Assembly (NCBI GenBank): GCA_003225215.1
Contig: QIBC01000002.1
Span: forward strand, 6,589 to 70,588
Reading direction: 5' to 3'
DNA length: 64,000 nucleotides
Origin: Acidobacteriota bacterium
Lineage (GTDB): Bacteria > Acidobacteriota > Terriglobia > Terriglobales > Acidobacteriaceae
Shown: piece by piece, positions 1 through 8,621 of the stretch
Numbering within the stretch: position 1 is the stretch's first letter
How the letters are laid out: every line of letters begins with the position of its first letter
Translations under genes and position numbers: made by a program
The notes under the pieces: model-generated
Databases searched by the model: none
Seen by the model: the letters and a program-made list of their open reading frames with translations, nothing else
Told to the model about the DNA's origin: nothing

Positions 1-440
1 CCGTGAACGTTAAGTCCGCGATTCGGGATGCTTGTAATGAGCTTGATCGCGATGTGCGTTCCCGAGTCTCCGTCTCGGTAGAGCCCAATTTGATGGTCAG
101 AGCGCAGAGCGCCATCCTGCGACAGGTGCTTTCCAATCTGCTGAACAATGCCGTGAAGTTTACCAAGCCGGGGATGCCACCGTCGGTCGAGGTGGCGGCT
201 TACAGACAACGCGATTACATACAGATTGACATCAGCGACCAGGGAATTGGAATCGCGCTTCAGCATCAGGAACGCGTCTTCCAGGTCTTCGAACGATTGC
301 ACAACGCCGAAGAATATCCTGGAACGGGTATTGGGCTGGCGATTGTGAAGAGGGGGATTACCCGCATGAGAGGGATTGTGAGTCTTCGATCCGAATTGGG
401 AAAAGGCAGTACATTTGAAATCCGGCTTCCTTCGGCGTGA
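1..440 (+). CDS. sensor histidine kinase, C-terminal HATPase_c part (5' end lies outside the window)
   Basis: N-box LLNNAVKFT, G1 DQGIGI and G2 GTGIGLAIV. The stop lies 3 nt before the response-regulator ATG. Confidence 0.85.
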   Translation, partial: VNVKSAIRDACNELDRDVRSRVSVSVEPNLMVRAQSAILRQVLSNLLNNAVKFTKPGMPPSVEVAAYRQRDYIQIDISDQGIGIALQHQERVFQVFERLHNAEEYPGTGIGLAIVKRGITRMRGIVSLRSELGKGSTFEIRLPSA

Positions 441-443
441 ACC

Positions 444-902
444 ATGTCTACGCAACGCAATCTCTTGCTCGTTGAGGATGAGGGAAGCGACGCGCTCCTG
501 ATCAAGAGGGCGCTCGAGAAGACGGGAGCCGACTTCAATCTCTCCCGCCTCAAGCATGGCGAAGAGGCGATCGATTACCTGAGCGGCGTAGCGCCGTTCG
601 ACGATCGCGAGACGCATCCCTTGCCCGATGTCATCCTCCTGGACATCAAGCTGCCTCGCCGAACCGGCTTCGAGGTATTGGAATGGCTTCGCTCGCAACC
701 CGCCGGCCTCAGCCGTATTCCCGTTGTGATGCTCACCTCCTCAGGGCAGGCAGTCGATGTAAACCGCGCCTACGACCTCCACGCAAACGGATACCTTACC
801 AAGCCAGACACCGCCCATGCGCTCCAGGAGATGCTGCTGGATTTTAAAAAGTACTGGCTCCAATGGAATGAACAACCGGAGACGCGGCTGGAGGCGGACT
901 AG
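444..902 (+). CDS. single-domain response regulator (CheY-like receiver)
   Basis: LLVEDEGSD acidic pocket, phospho-acceptor context VILLDIKLP, VVMLTSS and a conserved K in YLTKP. There is no output domain. Confidence 0.9.
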   Translation: MSTQRNLLLVEDEGSDALLIKRALEKTGADFNLSRLKHGEEAIDYLSGVAPFDDRETHPLPDVILLDIKLPRRTGFEVLEWLRSQPAGLSRIPVVMLTSSGQAVDVNRAYDLHANGYLTKPDTAHALQEMLLDFKKYWLQWNEQPETRLEAD

Positions 903-1249
903 GCCGGCTCAGGATCCTTACGCCGCCGGCTCCGCTTCGCTTCACTTAATCATGCGGTGACCCGATCTGATTCATCAGTCCGCCGCTGTGGATCGTTAGC
1001 TTCCACTTCGCCCAACCACCCTATGACCCGATCACCCGATTCTTGATCAATTCCCAACTTGAATTCCACATACGAATTCAGCTACTCTGTCCAGCAACTT
1101 GGCTGGCGCGATTGCTTCGCTGGCCCTCCCCAGCCCGATCGGGGCGCTTATTCGCCTCTCGTATTTTCTATTTATGCGGCTTCTTCTCACGAGCTGGTTG
1201 CTCCCCGTAAGAGGCATATCCCTTTTTTGGTTCCCTGGAGGTCCACCGC

Positions 1250-2167
1250 ATGAAGGTCCGTTCCATTGTGGTACAAACCATGGCGGCGGCAGTTCTCATG
1301 GCCGTTGCGTTCATGAGTCCCTGCAGCCTCGCCGCTCAGGATCGCTCACAAGTCGATAAACTGGAAGTAAAGCCGGCGCACGAACCACCATTGATGGGCA
1401 TGCACTGGGCGCGAGAGTTTGCCCGGACAGCCCGCGTTCGCCGCAGCCCAAATATGACATGGCACAACGGCGCGATTATGACGTCTTCGGCCATTACCGC
1501 CGTTTACTGGGGCACGTCGTGGACATCGTCCAATCCGAAGGTGGCCGGCTTGCAGTCGTTTTATATTGGGTTCAATGGCTCGAGCTACGCGAAGACTTCG
1601 GATGAATACAGCGGTACGAACGGGCAGGTTGGACCAGACGGCACCTATGGCGGCTATGTGATTGATACTTCTTCCGCGACGGGAGGAAATCAAACGTCGC
1701 CCATCCTTGCGGAAGTTTGCAGGGCGGTCCCTAATCCGGTATCGAATGGATACTATCCGGTCTACACCGACGTAAAGCGAGGCAACGCCGGATACTGTGC
1801 GTGGCACAGCTATGGAAGCTGCAATGGCGTTCCCGTACAGATTGCCTTCTTCTTTGACCTCGACAACGACCTAGGCTGCGACCCGCAGGACACCACCACC
1901 CGGCATCCGCAGGGCCTGGCTGCACTTGCTAATGTCAGCGCCCATGAACTCTCGGAGGCGCGAACCGATCCGCGGAACGGCGGCTGGTACGACTCTTCAG
2001 GAGCGGAAAACGGCGACAAGTGCGCATGGACCTTTAACGTGCCATCCGTGACATTCACGGATGGATCAAATTGGAAAGTTCAAGGTGAGTGGTCAAACGC
2101 AGCCTACAACGCTGGAACCGGGTATCCCAACAGCTCGGGGCAGCGTGGATGCCTCGACGGTCACTGA
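1250..2167 (+). CDS. secreted Cys-rich hypothetical protein
   Basis: N-terminal signal peptide MKVRSIVVQTMAAAVLMAVAFMSPCSLAAQ. It has several Cys pairs and an AHELSEARTDP (HExxE-like) motif. I could not assign a family with confidence. Confidence 0.6.
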   Translation: MKVRSIVVQTMAAAVLMAVAFMSPCSLAAQDRSQVDKLEVKPAHEPPLMGMHWAREFARTARVRRSPNMTWHNGAIMTSSAITAVYWGTSWTSSNPKVAGLQSFYIGFNGSSYAKTSDEYSGTNGQVGPDGTYGGYVIDTSSATGGNQTSPILAEVCRAVPNPVSNGYYPVYTDVKRGNAGYCAWHSYGSCNGVPVQIAFFFDLDNDLGCDPQDTTTRHPQGLAALANVSAHELSEARTDPRNGGWYDSSGAENGDKCAWTFNVPSVTFTDGSNWKVQGEWSNAAYNAGTGYPNSSGQRGCLDGH

Positions 2168-2188
2168 TTCAGGAACAGAAACAATGCA

Positions 2189-2212
2189 GCGCCGGGCACC
2201 CTCGCCCGGCGC
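2189..2212. terminator. GC-rich hairpin between convergent genes (possible bidirectional terminator)
   Basis: gcgccgggc-accctc-gcccggcgc forms a perfect 9-bp stem with a 6-nt loop. It lies 22 nt after the stop at 2167. The U-tract is weak. Confidence 0.45.
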
Positions 2213-2348
2213 TCTGCCTTTGAGCAGCAATCCAACTCCCAAAAAAACTTTTACAAACCTGCCTACCGGTTTTTACTTCACCCAATCACCAGATGACGCG
2301 ATCCCCGATCCCTTAACCGATCCACTATTGCGGACAGCACTGACGCGT

Positions 2349-2906
2349 TCAATTCGTTCGATCACGGTTCTCTGCTGTGTACAACTCATCGCTCTCGGCG
2401 TTGTACAACCGGTTCAGGCGCGCGCGGTAGTTCTCGAATGAAATCTGTGCTGCGAGTTCAATTAATTGTTCTTCTGAGAATTGATTGCGAAGCCTGGCAT
2501 AGAGATCGTCGGAGATGTTTGCCGGAGTACTGGTGAGTGCATCCGCGAGTTCAATTACCATGCGTTCGGTTTCGTTGAAGCCGCTGAGATCTTCGCCAAC
2601 CACCGCTGCCAACTTGGCATCGTTGAGTCCTGCCTTTCTGCCTACGGCAGAGTTGATGTCCACTCAAAACGGACAACCAATACGCGCCGCGGCTCGCACC
2701 TTGCCCAACTGCGTGTAGCGCAGCGAGACGCGCCGCTTTTTTCCTAATCCGGCCTCCATGCCGATGCTGCCCCACACGAGTCCAGGGACACGCATCTGGA
2801 TCTTTGCCGGAGTGAGATCCCGGCCGAACATCTTCCTCATTACGGTATAAAACCAGCGCAAATGCCAAGGCGCCTGATTCTTTTCAAGACCTGCAATTCG
2901 TGGCAT
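2349..2906 (-). CDS. carboxymuconolactone decarboxylase / AhpD-like family protein with in-frame TGA (probable selenocysteine, C-P-F-U)
   Basis: Two same-frame ORFs are separated only by TGA at 2664..2666. The joined product reads ...AAARIGCPF-U-VDINSAVGRKAGL..., so the TGA sits where this family has the second Cys of its CxxC. The likely start is ATG at 2904..2906 (MPRIAGLEKN). Confidence 0.7.
2618..2658 (-). promoter_or_regulatory. candidate bacterial SECIS hairpin downstream of the in-frame UGA
   Basis: The RNA reads CAUC-AAC-UCUGCC-GUAGGCAGAAA-GGCAGG-ACUCAAC-GAUG. It forms a 6-bp upper stem (one G:U) plus a 4-bp lower stem. The apical loop starts about 19 nt after the UGA and contains GG. 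Confidence 0.4.
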
Positions 2907-2985
2907 GAAAACTTTCCATCCGGACACAAAGATCACAACTGAAGAGAATACGGGATTTGTTCATATCGTTGGGCGTTGGTTTCCT

Positions 2986-3792
2986 TCAGGTTTCATCCAG
3001 CGATTGCCAACTCATGCCCCAGGAGTAGAGGCTGACGAAGATCAAGACGTCGAGAAATGGACCGAAGACAAAGTACAGCATGGGCATGAAGAGGATGGAA
3101 TTGTGGATTATCCAGACGTGAAGCATGTACTGGAATGGCAGAAAAATGACTAGGTAAGCCATGATTCCGACCGTCAGTCCGATTTTTTGCGGCAGTCGAA
3201 AGTCGAACAAGAAGTAGCTGAAGCCCAAAATCAGTGGCAACAGGGTGATGAAAATTGTTCCGAAATGGAGCATCCCGACGATGTAGCTGGGCAGATCATG
3301 CGGAAATTTTGCCGCGGCAACGGCAAAATATGCGAGCGCAGTACCCTGGATGATCACTAAAAAACGCAGCAAATAGACGAATGGAAGCTGCTCTTCGGGG
3401 ATTCCAAATGTGGTCCAGAGGATTAGTAGCGTAACTGCGGCCGTTGTCCACCATGTAACGGCGTCGGGCGGCCCAGCGGAAATGAGTACGGTTGGCACCG
3501 AAAACTGTATTGGACCCCAGTGTTGAGGCGCACGCGCGACGGATCCTTCGAGCCCCAACATGCGGTGCCAAAAGCGGAAAACATGAAACCAAAGCTCTCC
3601 AACGTAGCGCAGCGAGAGCAACCACGCGGCGCTAATCGACAAAACTGACCCTAATGTGATCCAAAATTCGCGGGCTGTAAACAGCAAACGCGCAAATGCG
3701 CGGTGCGGTGTGATGATTCCACCACGCCAACCTCGGCGCCGAATGTCGTAAATCTGCGCTTCGGTGAGCGCCGATGGAGTCGGTGCGCTCAT
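2986..3792 (-). CDS. polytopic inner-membrane protein, last gene of the EPS-like operon
   Basis: There are about 6-7 long hydrophobic segments (e.g. ITLLPLILGFSYFLF, MAYLVIFLPFQYMLHVWII). The ATG shares 1 nt with the TAA of the upstream barrel gene (TAATG at 3790-3794). Confidence 0.6.
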   Translation of the reverse strand: MSAPTPSALTEAQIYDIRRRGWRGGIITPHRAFARLLFTAREFWITLGSVLSISAAWLLSLRYVGELWFHVFRFWHRMLGLEGSVARAPQHWGPIQFSVPTVLISAGPPDAVTWWTTAAVTLLILWTTFGIPEEQLPFVYLLRFLVIIQGTALAYFAVAAAKFPHDLPSYIVGMLHFGTIFITLLPLILGFSYFLFDFRLPQKIGLTVGIMAYLVIFLPFQYMLHVWIIHNSILFMPMLYFVFGPFLDVLIFVSLYSWGMSWQSLDET

Positions 3793-4652
3793 TAGAAGTC
3801 TACGAAGAGGCCGACGGTGCCTCCGTTGCGGCGGAAGAACGGAGTGTTTTCGTGGTTAAAGATGATATTAATGCCCCAACCTGGGCCTATCCATTGCCGC
3901 CAAGTCGCCGAATATTGGCGAAAGGCAAAGTCCTGAAGTACGGTTTGTGGGCCCGTAATCAAGTATCCTTCGCGCCCCAATTCGGCACGGACGGTTATGT
4001 AGTGCTCTTTCTCGTGCCCTTGTGTGAGCGCTAAGTACTCTGAGAAATCCGATATGTTGCCCGGATTGGCGCGCACGAAATTAACACCACCCTGCGCCGT
4101 GACCGCCCACTTGGTGTAGTAAGCGAACGCCGGACCGAACCGGAAATCGTGATTTACCTGCTTGGATTTGTCATATCCGAACACTCCGGTGAGTACCAGT
4201 TGCTTATTGCTAAGTAATTTTCGACTTACACTGCTGTCAACGCGCAGCCTTGGCAGGAAAAATCCGCCTACGCTGGTACCGGCGTGGACGTCCGCAAACC
4301 AGTTTTCCGAGATGTCGCGCACAAGTCCGGCGCCGTAATACCAGCCAGTGTCGCCGTAGCGGTTGAGCCGCGACGCTTCGCCGCTGAGCGTATTTCTACC
4401 TCCGGAGGCCACGAGGCGCACGTAAGCATCGCGCCAGGGCACGTATGGGCGCGGATACATGTCGCTGTATCCACCGCCAAATTCAATGTAACCGGGTCCA
4501 TCGAGCGTGGATCGGATGCCTCCCAATCCGGGAACACTTGCACCCTGGGCCACAGGAGTACCTGTGTCCTGCCCGAAGAGTGCGAGAGAAAGAAGTAAGC
4601 ACAGGCTTATGGTCAGGACCTTGATCGTCTTTACAGTCATTCGAAGCCTCAA
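3792..4652 (-). CDS. outer-membrane beta-barrel protein (YaiO-like), putative polysaccharide export porin
   Basis: Signal peptide MTVKTIKVLTISLCLLLSLALFGQ, alternating Y/G/R-rich beta-strand pattern and a C-terminal ...VGLFVDF (terminal Phe). Size and pattern resemble E. coli YaiO as I recall it. Confidence 0.6.
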   Translation of the reverse strand: MRLRMTVKTIKVLTISLCLLLSLALFGQDTGTPVAQGASVPGLGGIRSTLDGPGYIEFGGGYSDMYPRPYVPWRDAYVRLVASGGRNTLSGEASRLNRYGDTGWYYGAGLVRDISENWFADVHAGTSVGGFFLPRLRVDSSVSRKLLSNKQLVLTGVFGYDKSKQVNHDFRFGPAFAYYTKWAVTAQGGVNFVRANPGNISDFSEYLALTQGHEKEHYITVRAELGREGYLITGPQTVLQDFAFRQYSATWRQWIGPGWGINIIFNHENTPFFRRNGGTVGLFVDF

Positions 4653-4656
4653 GTAC

Positions 4657-6564
4657 TCAGTTTCCAGCCTGAGGATTCATATTGCTCGTCTGCCGTGCCG
4701 TCAGCGAAACATTGAGATTCTTGCAGTCTCTTGCAGTCACGACCCAATAACCGTCCTGATCGTGGATATCTGCTGAGCCCTTAATCACCTGCGGTTGACT
4801 GTATGTCGAATCGGGAAAGATCCACGCTTCGTGCTCAAGTGTGCGCGGATGGCTCGCCGAGAGTACAGAATTGGCGCCCTGAACCTGAATCAACCACGTA
4901 ACCTCCTGCCGCTCGTTCAGGAAATTCGCGACCTGCGACATCGTGTACCAGCGAAATCGTCCTTCACCGGCAAGCTCACGATTGTGCTCAAACCATGTTT
5001 GCAGCGTCTGGATGTAGCGCGTAGCGCCCAAAGGATGGGAATAGACCAGGCGAATTACGTGTTCACGAGAGGTGAAGTCAGCAACATTAAGAAGCCAATT
5101 CTGCACTGCGGCCTCGGAGATCGAGCCCATGTGCATTTCCTCGAGGCTGGCTTCAGTTCCAAAATGGAGAATCGGGAACGCCCAGATCTTGTCTCCATCT
5201 CGCCCTACATCCCGATAGACACGGGTTGGACCCATGCCGGAATCCCCTGCAAAGTAATAGGCAACTATGTTGTGCTGCTCCAGCCAGCGCGTAACCCAAG
5301 CAGGTTGATTTCCAAGCGGCGCCGAATACTCACGAACCGCGTGGCCAGCGCTCTCTTCGATTGTTTTCTTGTTGAGTTCCAGATATTGCTGGAATGATTC
5401 CTGATTTGAATCGGAGAGGTTTCTTCCAAAGTAATTGTGGATCCAGCCACCGTGGCTCCCCACTTCATCGCCGTGTTCGACCAGGAAACGGACCCAGGAA
5501 CGCGACTCGGTATCGTTCTGCAGGTTGAGGCCCTTCCCATCGTGGAACTCATCCACATCCGGCCCTGCCGTGAAATCCGCAGAAAATGGTCCATTGTTGA
5601 AGATTCCTGCTTTGCGCAGCAGGGCCATCGGCTTGAGCGCCGAAGCTGCGTCGATGTGCCAGTTCATGACTACGCCGCCGACTCCGTCGGGGACATTCGC
5701 CAGATGCGGCATTTGCAGCATGTCCTCCGCAAAGTAATGAAGAAAGGAGTGCAGCAACATGCCGTCGGTGCGGGTTGTGAGATATCCAAGCGGAAGATTT
5801 ACGAAGAGTACTCGACCGGCGCCATGCTTGTTTTCGCCCGCGACCAGGCCGTCCGTCGATTGCAACAGGGTCTTGCCGTGGTATTCACCGGTCGTTTGGA
5901 AGCTTGGATATTCCAGTTCTCCATACAAGTATCCCACCAGAACCTGACGATCTCCCGCCGAGCGTTGTCCAAGGTGCATGGCTACGCGCTTTAACGGCGA
6001 GGATTGATGCCGTTCCTTAAGCGGAGCGTATGCTCCAGGAGGAATTCCGAGATCCTGCATAGCCTCCGGACTGCCCGACACATTTCCGGACACGATGCTA
6101 TCCGTCCCAAAACGGTCGTATAGCGCATACTCAACGCCCGCGAGATCTGACAATCGCGAGCTTCGCGTAGCATATCGATCATTCAGGTCCCAGGTGCAGG
6201 CGTCGTAAACGAGCATCAGCGCCCCGCCTTGTTCGACATAATTGTGCAGAGCGCCAACGAGGGCGTCGTTAGCCTGCCTATGAACCTGATCGGGAACGAT
6301 CAATCCAGCGGCCTTCAACTGGAACATTGGATCGAGCAAGGCGGAGTCGCGTACGACCTGCAGATGAAATCCCTCTTCGGCGGCTGCATCGAGCCACGCC
6401 TGAACTTGAATCTCTTTATCGCTTACCGAATCGGGAAGCAAGAGGAGGATGGTGTCGGCAGAAGCCGGCACGATCGCATTGTGGCGATACACGACCGCTG
6501 CTGTGCAGGTCAGCAGCACCATGGCAATTGCAATCGTGAGTTTCGGCTTGAACATGGCCGTCAT
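4657..6564 (-). CDS. membrane-anchored periplasmic protein, putative polysaccharide deacetylase-like / polymer-modifying enzyme
   Basis: The start was chosen at MTAMFKPKLTIAIAMVLL (ATG 6562..6564), which forms an ATGA overlap with the upstream stop. It has one N-terminal TM segment. The C-terminal half has WHIDAAS ... GSHGGWIHNYFG, reminiscent of NodB-type Asp and His metal motifs but with non-canonical spacing. Confidence 0.5.
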   Translation of the reverse strand: MTAMFKPKLTIAIAMVLLTCTAAVVYRHNAIVPASADTILLLLPDSVSDKEIQVQAWLDAAAEEGFHLQVVRDSALLDPMFQLKAAGLIVPDQVHRQANDALVGALHNYVEQGGALMLVYDACTWDLNDRYATRSSRLSDLAGVEYALYDRFGTDSIVSGNVSGSPEAMQDLGIPPGAYAPLKERHQSSPLKRVAMHLGQRSAGDRQVLVGYLYGELEYPSFQTTGEYHGKTLLQSTDGLVAGENKHGAGRVLFVNLPLGYLTTRTDGMLLHSFLHYFAEDMLQMPHLANVPDGVGGVVMNWHIDAASALKPMALLRKAGIFNNGPFSADFTAGPDVDEFHDGKGLNLQNDTESRSWVRFLVEHGDEVGSHGGWIHNYFGRNLSDSNQESFQQYLELNKKTIEESAGHAVREYSAPLGNQPAWVTRWLEQHNIVAYYFAGDSGMGPTRVYRDVGRDGDKIWAFPILHFGTEASLEEMHMGSISEAAVQNWLLNVADFTSREHVIRLVYSHPLGATRYIQTLQTWFEHNRELAGEGRFRWYTMSQVANFLNERQEVTWLIQVQGANSVLSASHPRTLEHEAWIFPDSTYSQPQVIKGSADIHDQDGYWVVTARDCKNLNVSLTARQTSNMNPQAGN

Positions 6565-7577
6565 GGCGCTGTGGTCACCTCGGAACAAGCACTGGGATTG
6601 GACTTCACTGCATCTTGCAAATGCGCCTGCACGGCCTGGAACGCAGATTCTTCGAGCACATTCCAATTCGTGCTGTACCGCAGCGGCTCAGAGCGCGAGA
6701 GCCAGCAAGCAGCGCTAGCGTCGTCACCGAACTTCAGCGCCGCCATTGCCACCAGCCCCCACGGATGGGGATCAACTTTCTTGTCCAGCCACTCGCTGGC
6801 GAAACGACTCCGCCACCGATCCCACGCTTGCCGAGTTTGCACATCAGACTCCATAGGGAGATCGGCCAGCCAGGGATACACCTGCGCCACAACATCCGGG
6901 TAGAACGCTGATCTACTCTTCTGGATAGATGGTCGAAACCACTCTGCGTGTTTGTTCCAGAACACCCGCTTGATACTTAAATTCAGCTTCTCTGCTTCTG
7001 CGTAGGTAGATCGAGCCCCGTCAGTCTCGCCAAAGCGCTCCTGCGCGCGCGCAATCGCAATCAGGGCGGAGTAAACCTCGATGTTGTCCATCAGCAGAGC
7101 AACATGGTTGCTGCCGGAGATGTGGTAGACCCCGAGCCGTCTGTTCCTCAGACCAGCCAAGCTAGCGCGAGCTTTGCGAACGCTCTGCTGCCACTCTGGC
7201 GGGAGTCCCGAATCGGGAGCGTTGGTGTAAAGCAGTTGCAGCCAGAGTGCCAGCATGGAATCGTCAGCATCGGCCGCGGCGCAGAGCTTCCAATCGGTGC
7301 CAGGCTTACGGCAATAGCGGCCGAAGCCGCCGTGTTTGTCTTGTCGCGGGAGCAACCATTGGATCCATTGCTGAAGCGGCTGGCGAACATCGAGTCCTGC
7401 TTCCTGGGCGAGGAGCAGCGCCTTGGTAGCAAAGTATGGCTCGATGTAGTCCCCATGATGCTGGAGCGAGATGGCGCCGTCGGGAAGCTGGTAACCGTTG
7501 GGATTAAACTCGCGTGCCGTGGTGGACGCGCAGAGAGCCAGCGAGCTGAGGAACAACAGAAGGATTGTGCCGCGCAT
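6561..7577 (-). CDS. secreted all-helical protein, possible (alpha/alpha)-toroid glycoside hydrolase/lyase of the EPS locus
   Basis: Signal peptide MRGTILLLFLSSLALCASTTA, followed by an Ala/Leu/Trp-rich helical repeat pattern. It sits where BcsZ/PslG-type hydrolases sit in synthase operons. The function is inferred from context only. Confidence 0.45.
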   Translation of the reverse strand: MRGTILLLFLSSLALCASTTAREFNPNGYQLPDGAISLQHHGDYIEPYFATKALLLAQEAGLDVRQPLQQWIQWLLPRQDKHGGFGRYCRKPGTDWKLCAAADADDSMLALWLQLLYTNAPDSGLPPEWQQSVRKARASLAGLRNRRLGVYHISGSNHVALLMDNIEVYSALIAIARAQERFGETDGARSTYAEAEKLNLSIKRVFWNKHAEWFRPSIQKSRSAFYPDVVAQVYPWLADLPMESDVQTRQAWDRWRSRFASEWLDKKVDPHPWGLVAMAALKFGDDASAACWLSRSEPLRYSTNWNVLEESAFQAVQAHLQDAVKSNPSACSEVTTAP

Positions 7578-8621
7578 TTAGTCTCCCACGCGGCCTTCTG
7601 TTTTTGCCCACGCAGTGCCATGAAGCACGGAGCCAGGAGCAAGATGAATGAGAGGAGCGCTGACTGTGGTTGGAGTTCCCGGCAGCCCAACCTGCACTCC
7701 GGAATCGATGATCACTTCGCGCTCTGCAATGATTGGACCCTTTACGAAACATCCGCTGGAAATGTGAATCCGCTTTGTGCTCACCAAACTCCCATGGACC
7801 TCGGCTCGTTCTTTGAGGCTTATGTCACCATTGGCTTTCATGCTGCCGAAGATGCAGGCGCCCTGCTCTAGATCAATGTTTCTGGTCGCCACGGCGTCTC
7901 CCCGGTGCTCTTCATCAGCAGGGAAGTGCATTGCTCCATGAACGCGTGTGCGGCCAATGCCGCTCTGCGCCAATCTTGCATATGGTGCATATTCAGTACG
8001 CAAGTTGAGAGCTGTTCCTTCGGTTGAACTGTAGATCACGGGGGCATAGATGCGTTCGAAGCTGCATCCAGGGGAGAGAGTGAGCAACTTGGCGGACGAG
8101 GCGCGCCCGTACAACCTACAGTTCCTGCCAGCCGACAGGCTGGATTCTGCATGTACCCAACGGAGAACCTGCGTGTCGTTTCCTAAGGCAATTTCTTCTT
8201 CGCTTAAGAGAGAGCGAAAGATGCTCTGTTGTCCGCATCGCACGTTTCCTCTACAGTAAAAATCCGCGATTGATTGGAATCCGGCTGGAAGTTCAACTGA
8301 TCCTGCGCATGCCACCAGCGCGACGGGATGGTGGGAACCGGCCCAGGCTCCGGATTGGCCGACGACAAAGGCGCTTCCATGGGAGAGATCGATGAGCTGG
8401 TTATCGCCAAACTTTGCACAGTCGTCGAGCATCCGGTGAAGCGAGATGCAACGTGTTCTTAGTGATGCTGCGAAACTCGAAATGTTGCCATCGTCTTTGC
8501 GGGTGACAAGTGGCCCGGCATCGCGCTTGGAGATCAGTTCGCGAAGTGCCGGAGCGAGCGGCACGATGAGCAATGCGCCGGTCGATGTCGCCAGTGCCAA
8601 CGGTCCGAGAACTGAAGTCAT
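7578..8621 (-). CDS. membrane-anchored protein with beta-helix / bactofilin-like repeats
   Basis: The start was chosen at MTSVLGPLALATSTGALLIVPL (ATG 8619..8621), an ATGA overlap with the GT2 stop. The C-terminal part has repeated short strands (ISLKERAEVHGSLVSTKRIHISSGCFVKGPIIAEREVIIDSGVQV). Confidence 0.55.
   Translation of the reverse strand: MTSVLGPLALATSTGALLIVPLAPALRELISKRDAGPLVTRKDDGNISSFAASLRTRCISLHRMLDDCAKFGDNQLIDLSHGSAFVVGQSGAWAGSHHPVALVACAGSVELPAGFQSIADFYCRGNVRCGQQSIFRSLLSEEEIALGNDTQVLRWVHAESSLSAGRNCRLYGRASSAKLLTLSPGCSFERIYAPVIYSSTEGTALNLRTEYAPYARLAQSGIGRTRVHGAMHFPADEEHRGDAVATRNIDLEQGACIFGSMKANGDISLKERAEVHGSLVSTKRIHISSGCFVKGPIIAEREVIIDSGVQVGLPGTPTTVSAPLIHLAPGSVLHGTAWAKTEGRVGD

Noticed and set aside
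6565-6666. The N-terminal extension of the 669-aa ORF.
   Set aside because: It overlaps the upstream gene's 3' end. The internal ATG at 6564 gives an ATGA junction and a proper TM anchor.
4795-7871. Long antisense ORFs on the plus strand (4795..5397, 5437..5994, 6229..6903, 7104..7871).
   Set aside because: They mirror strongly supported minus-strand genes in a GC-rich region. They have Arg/Ala/Gly-rich shadow-frame composition with no motifs or RBS.
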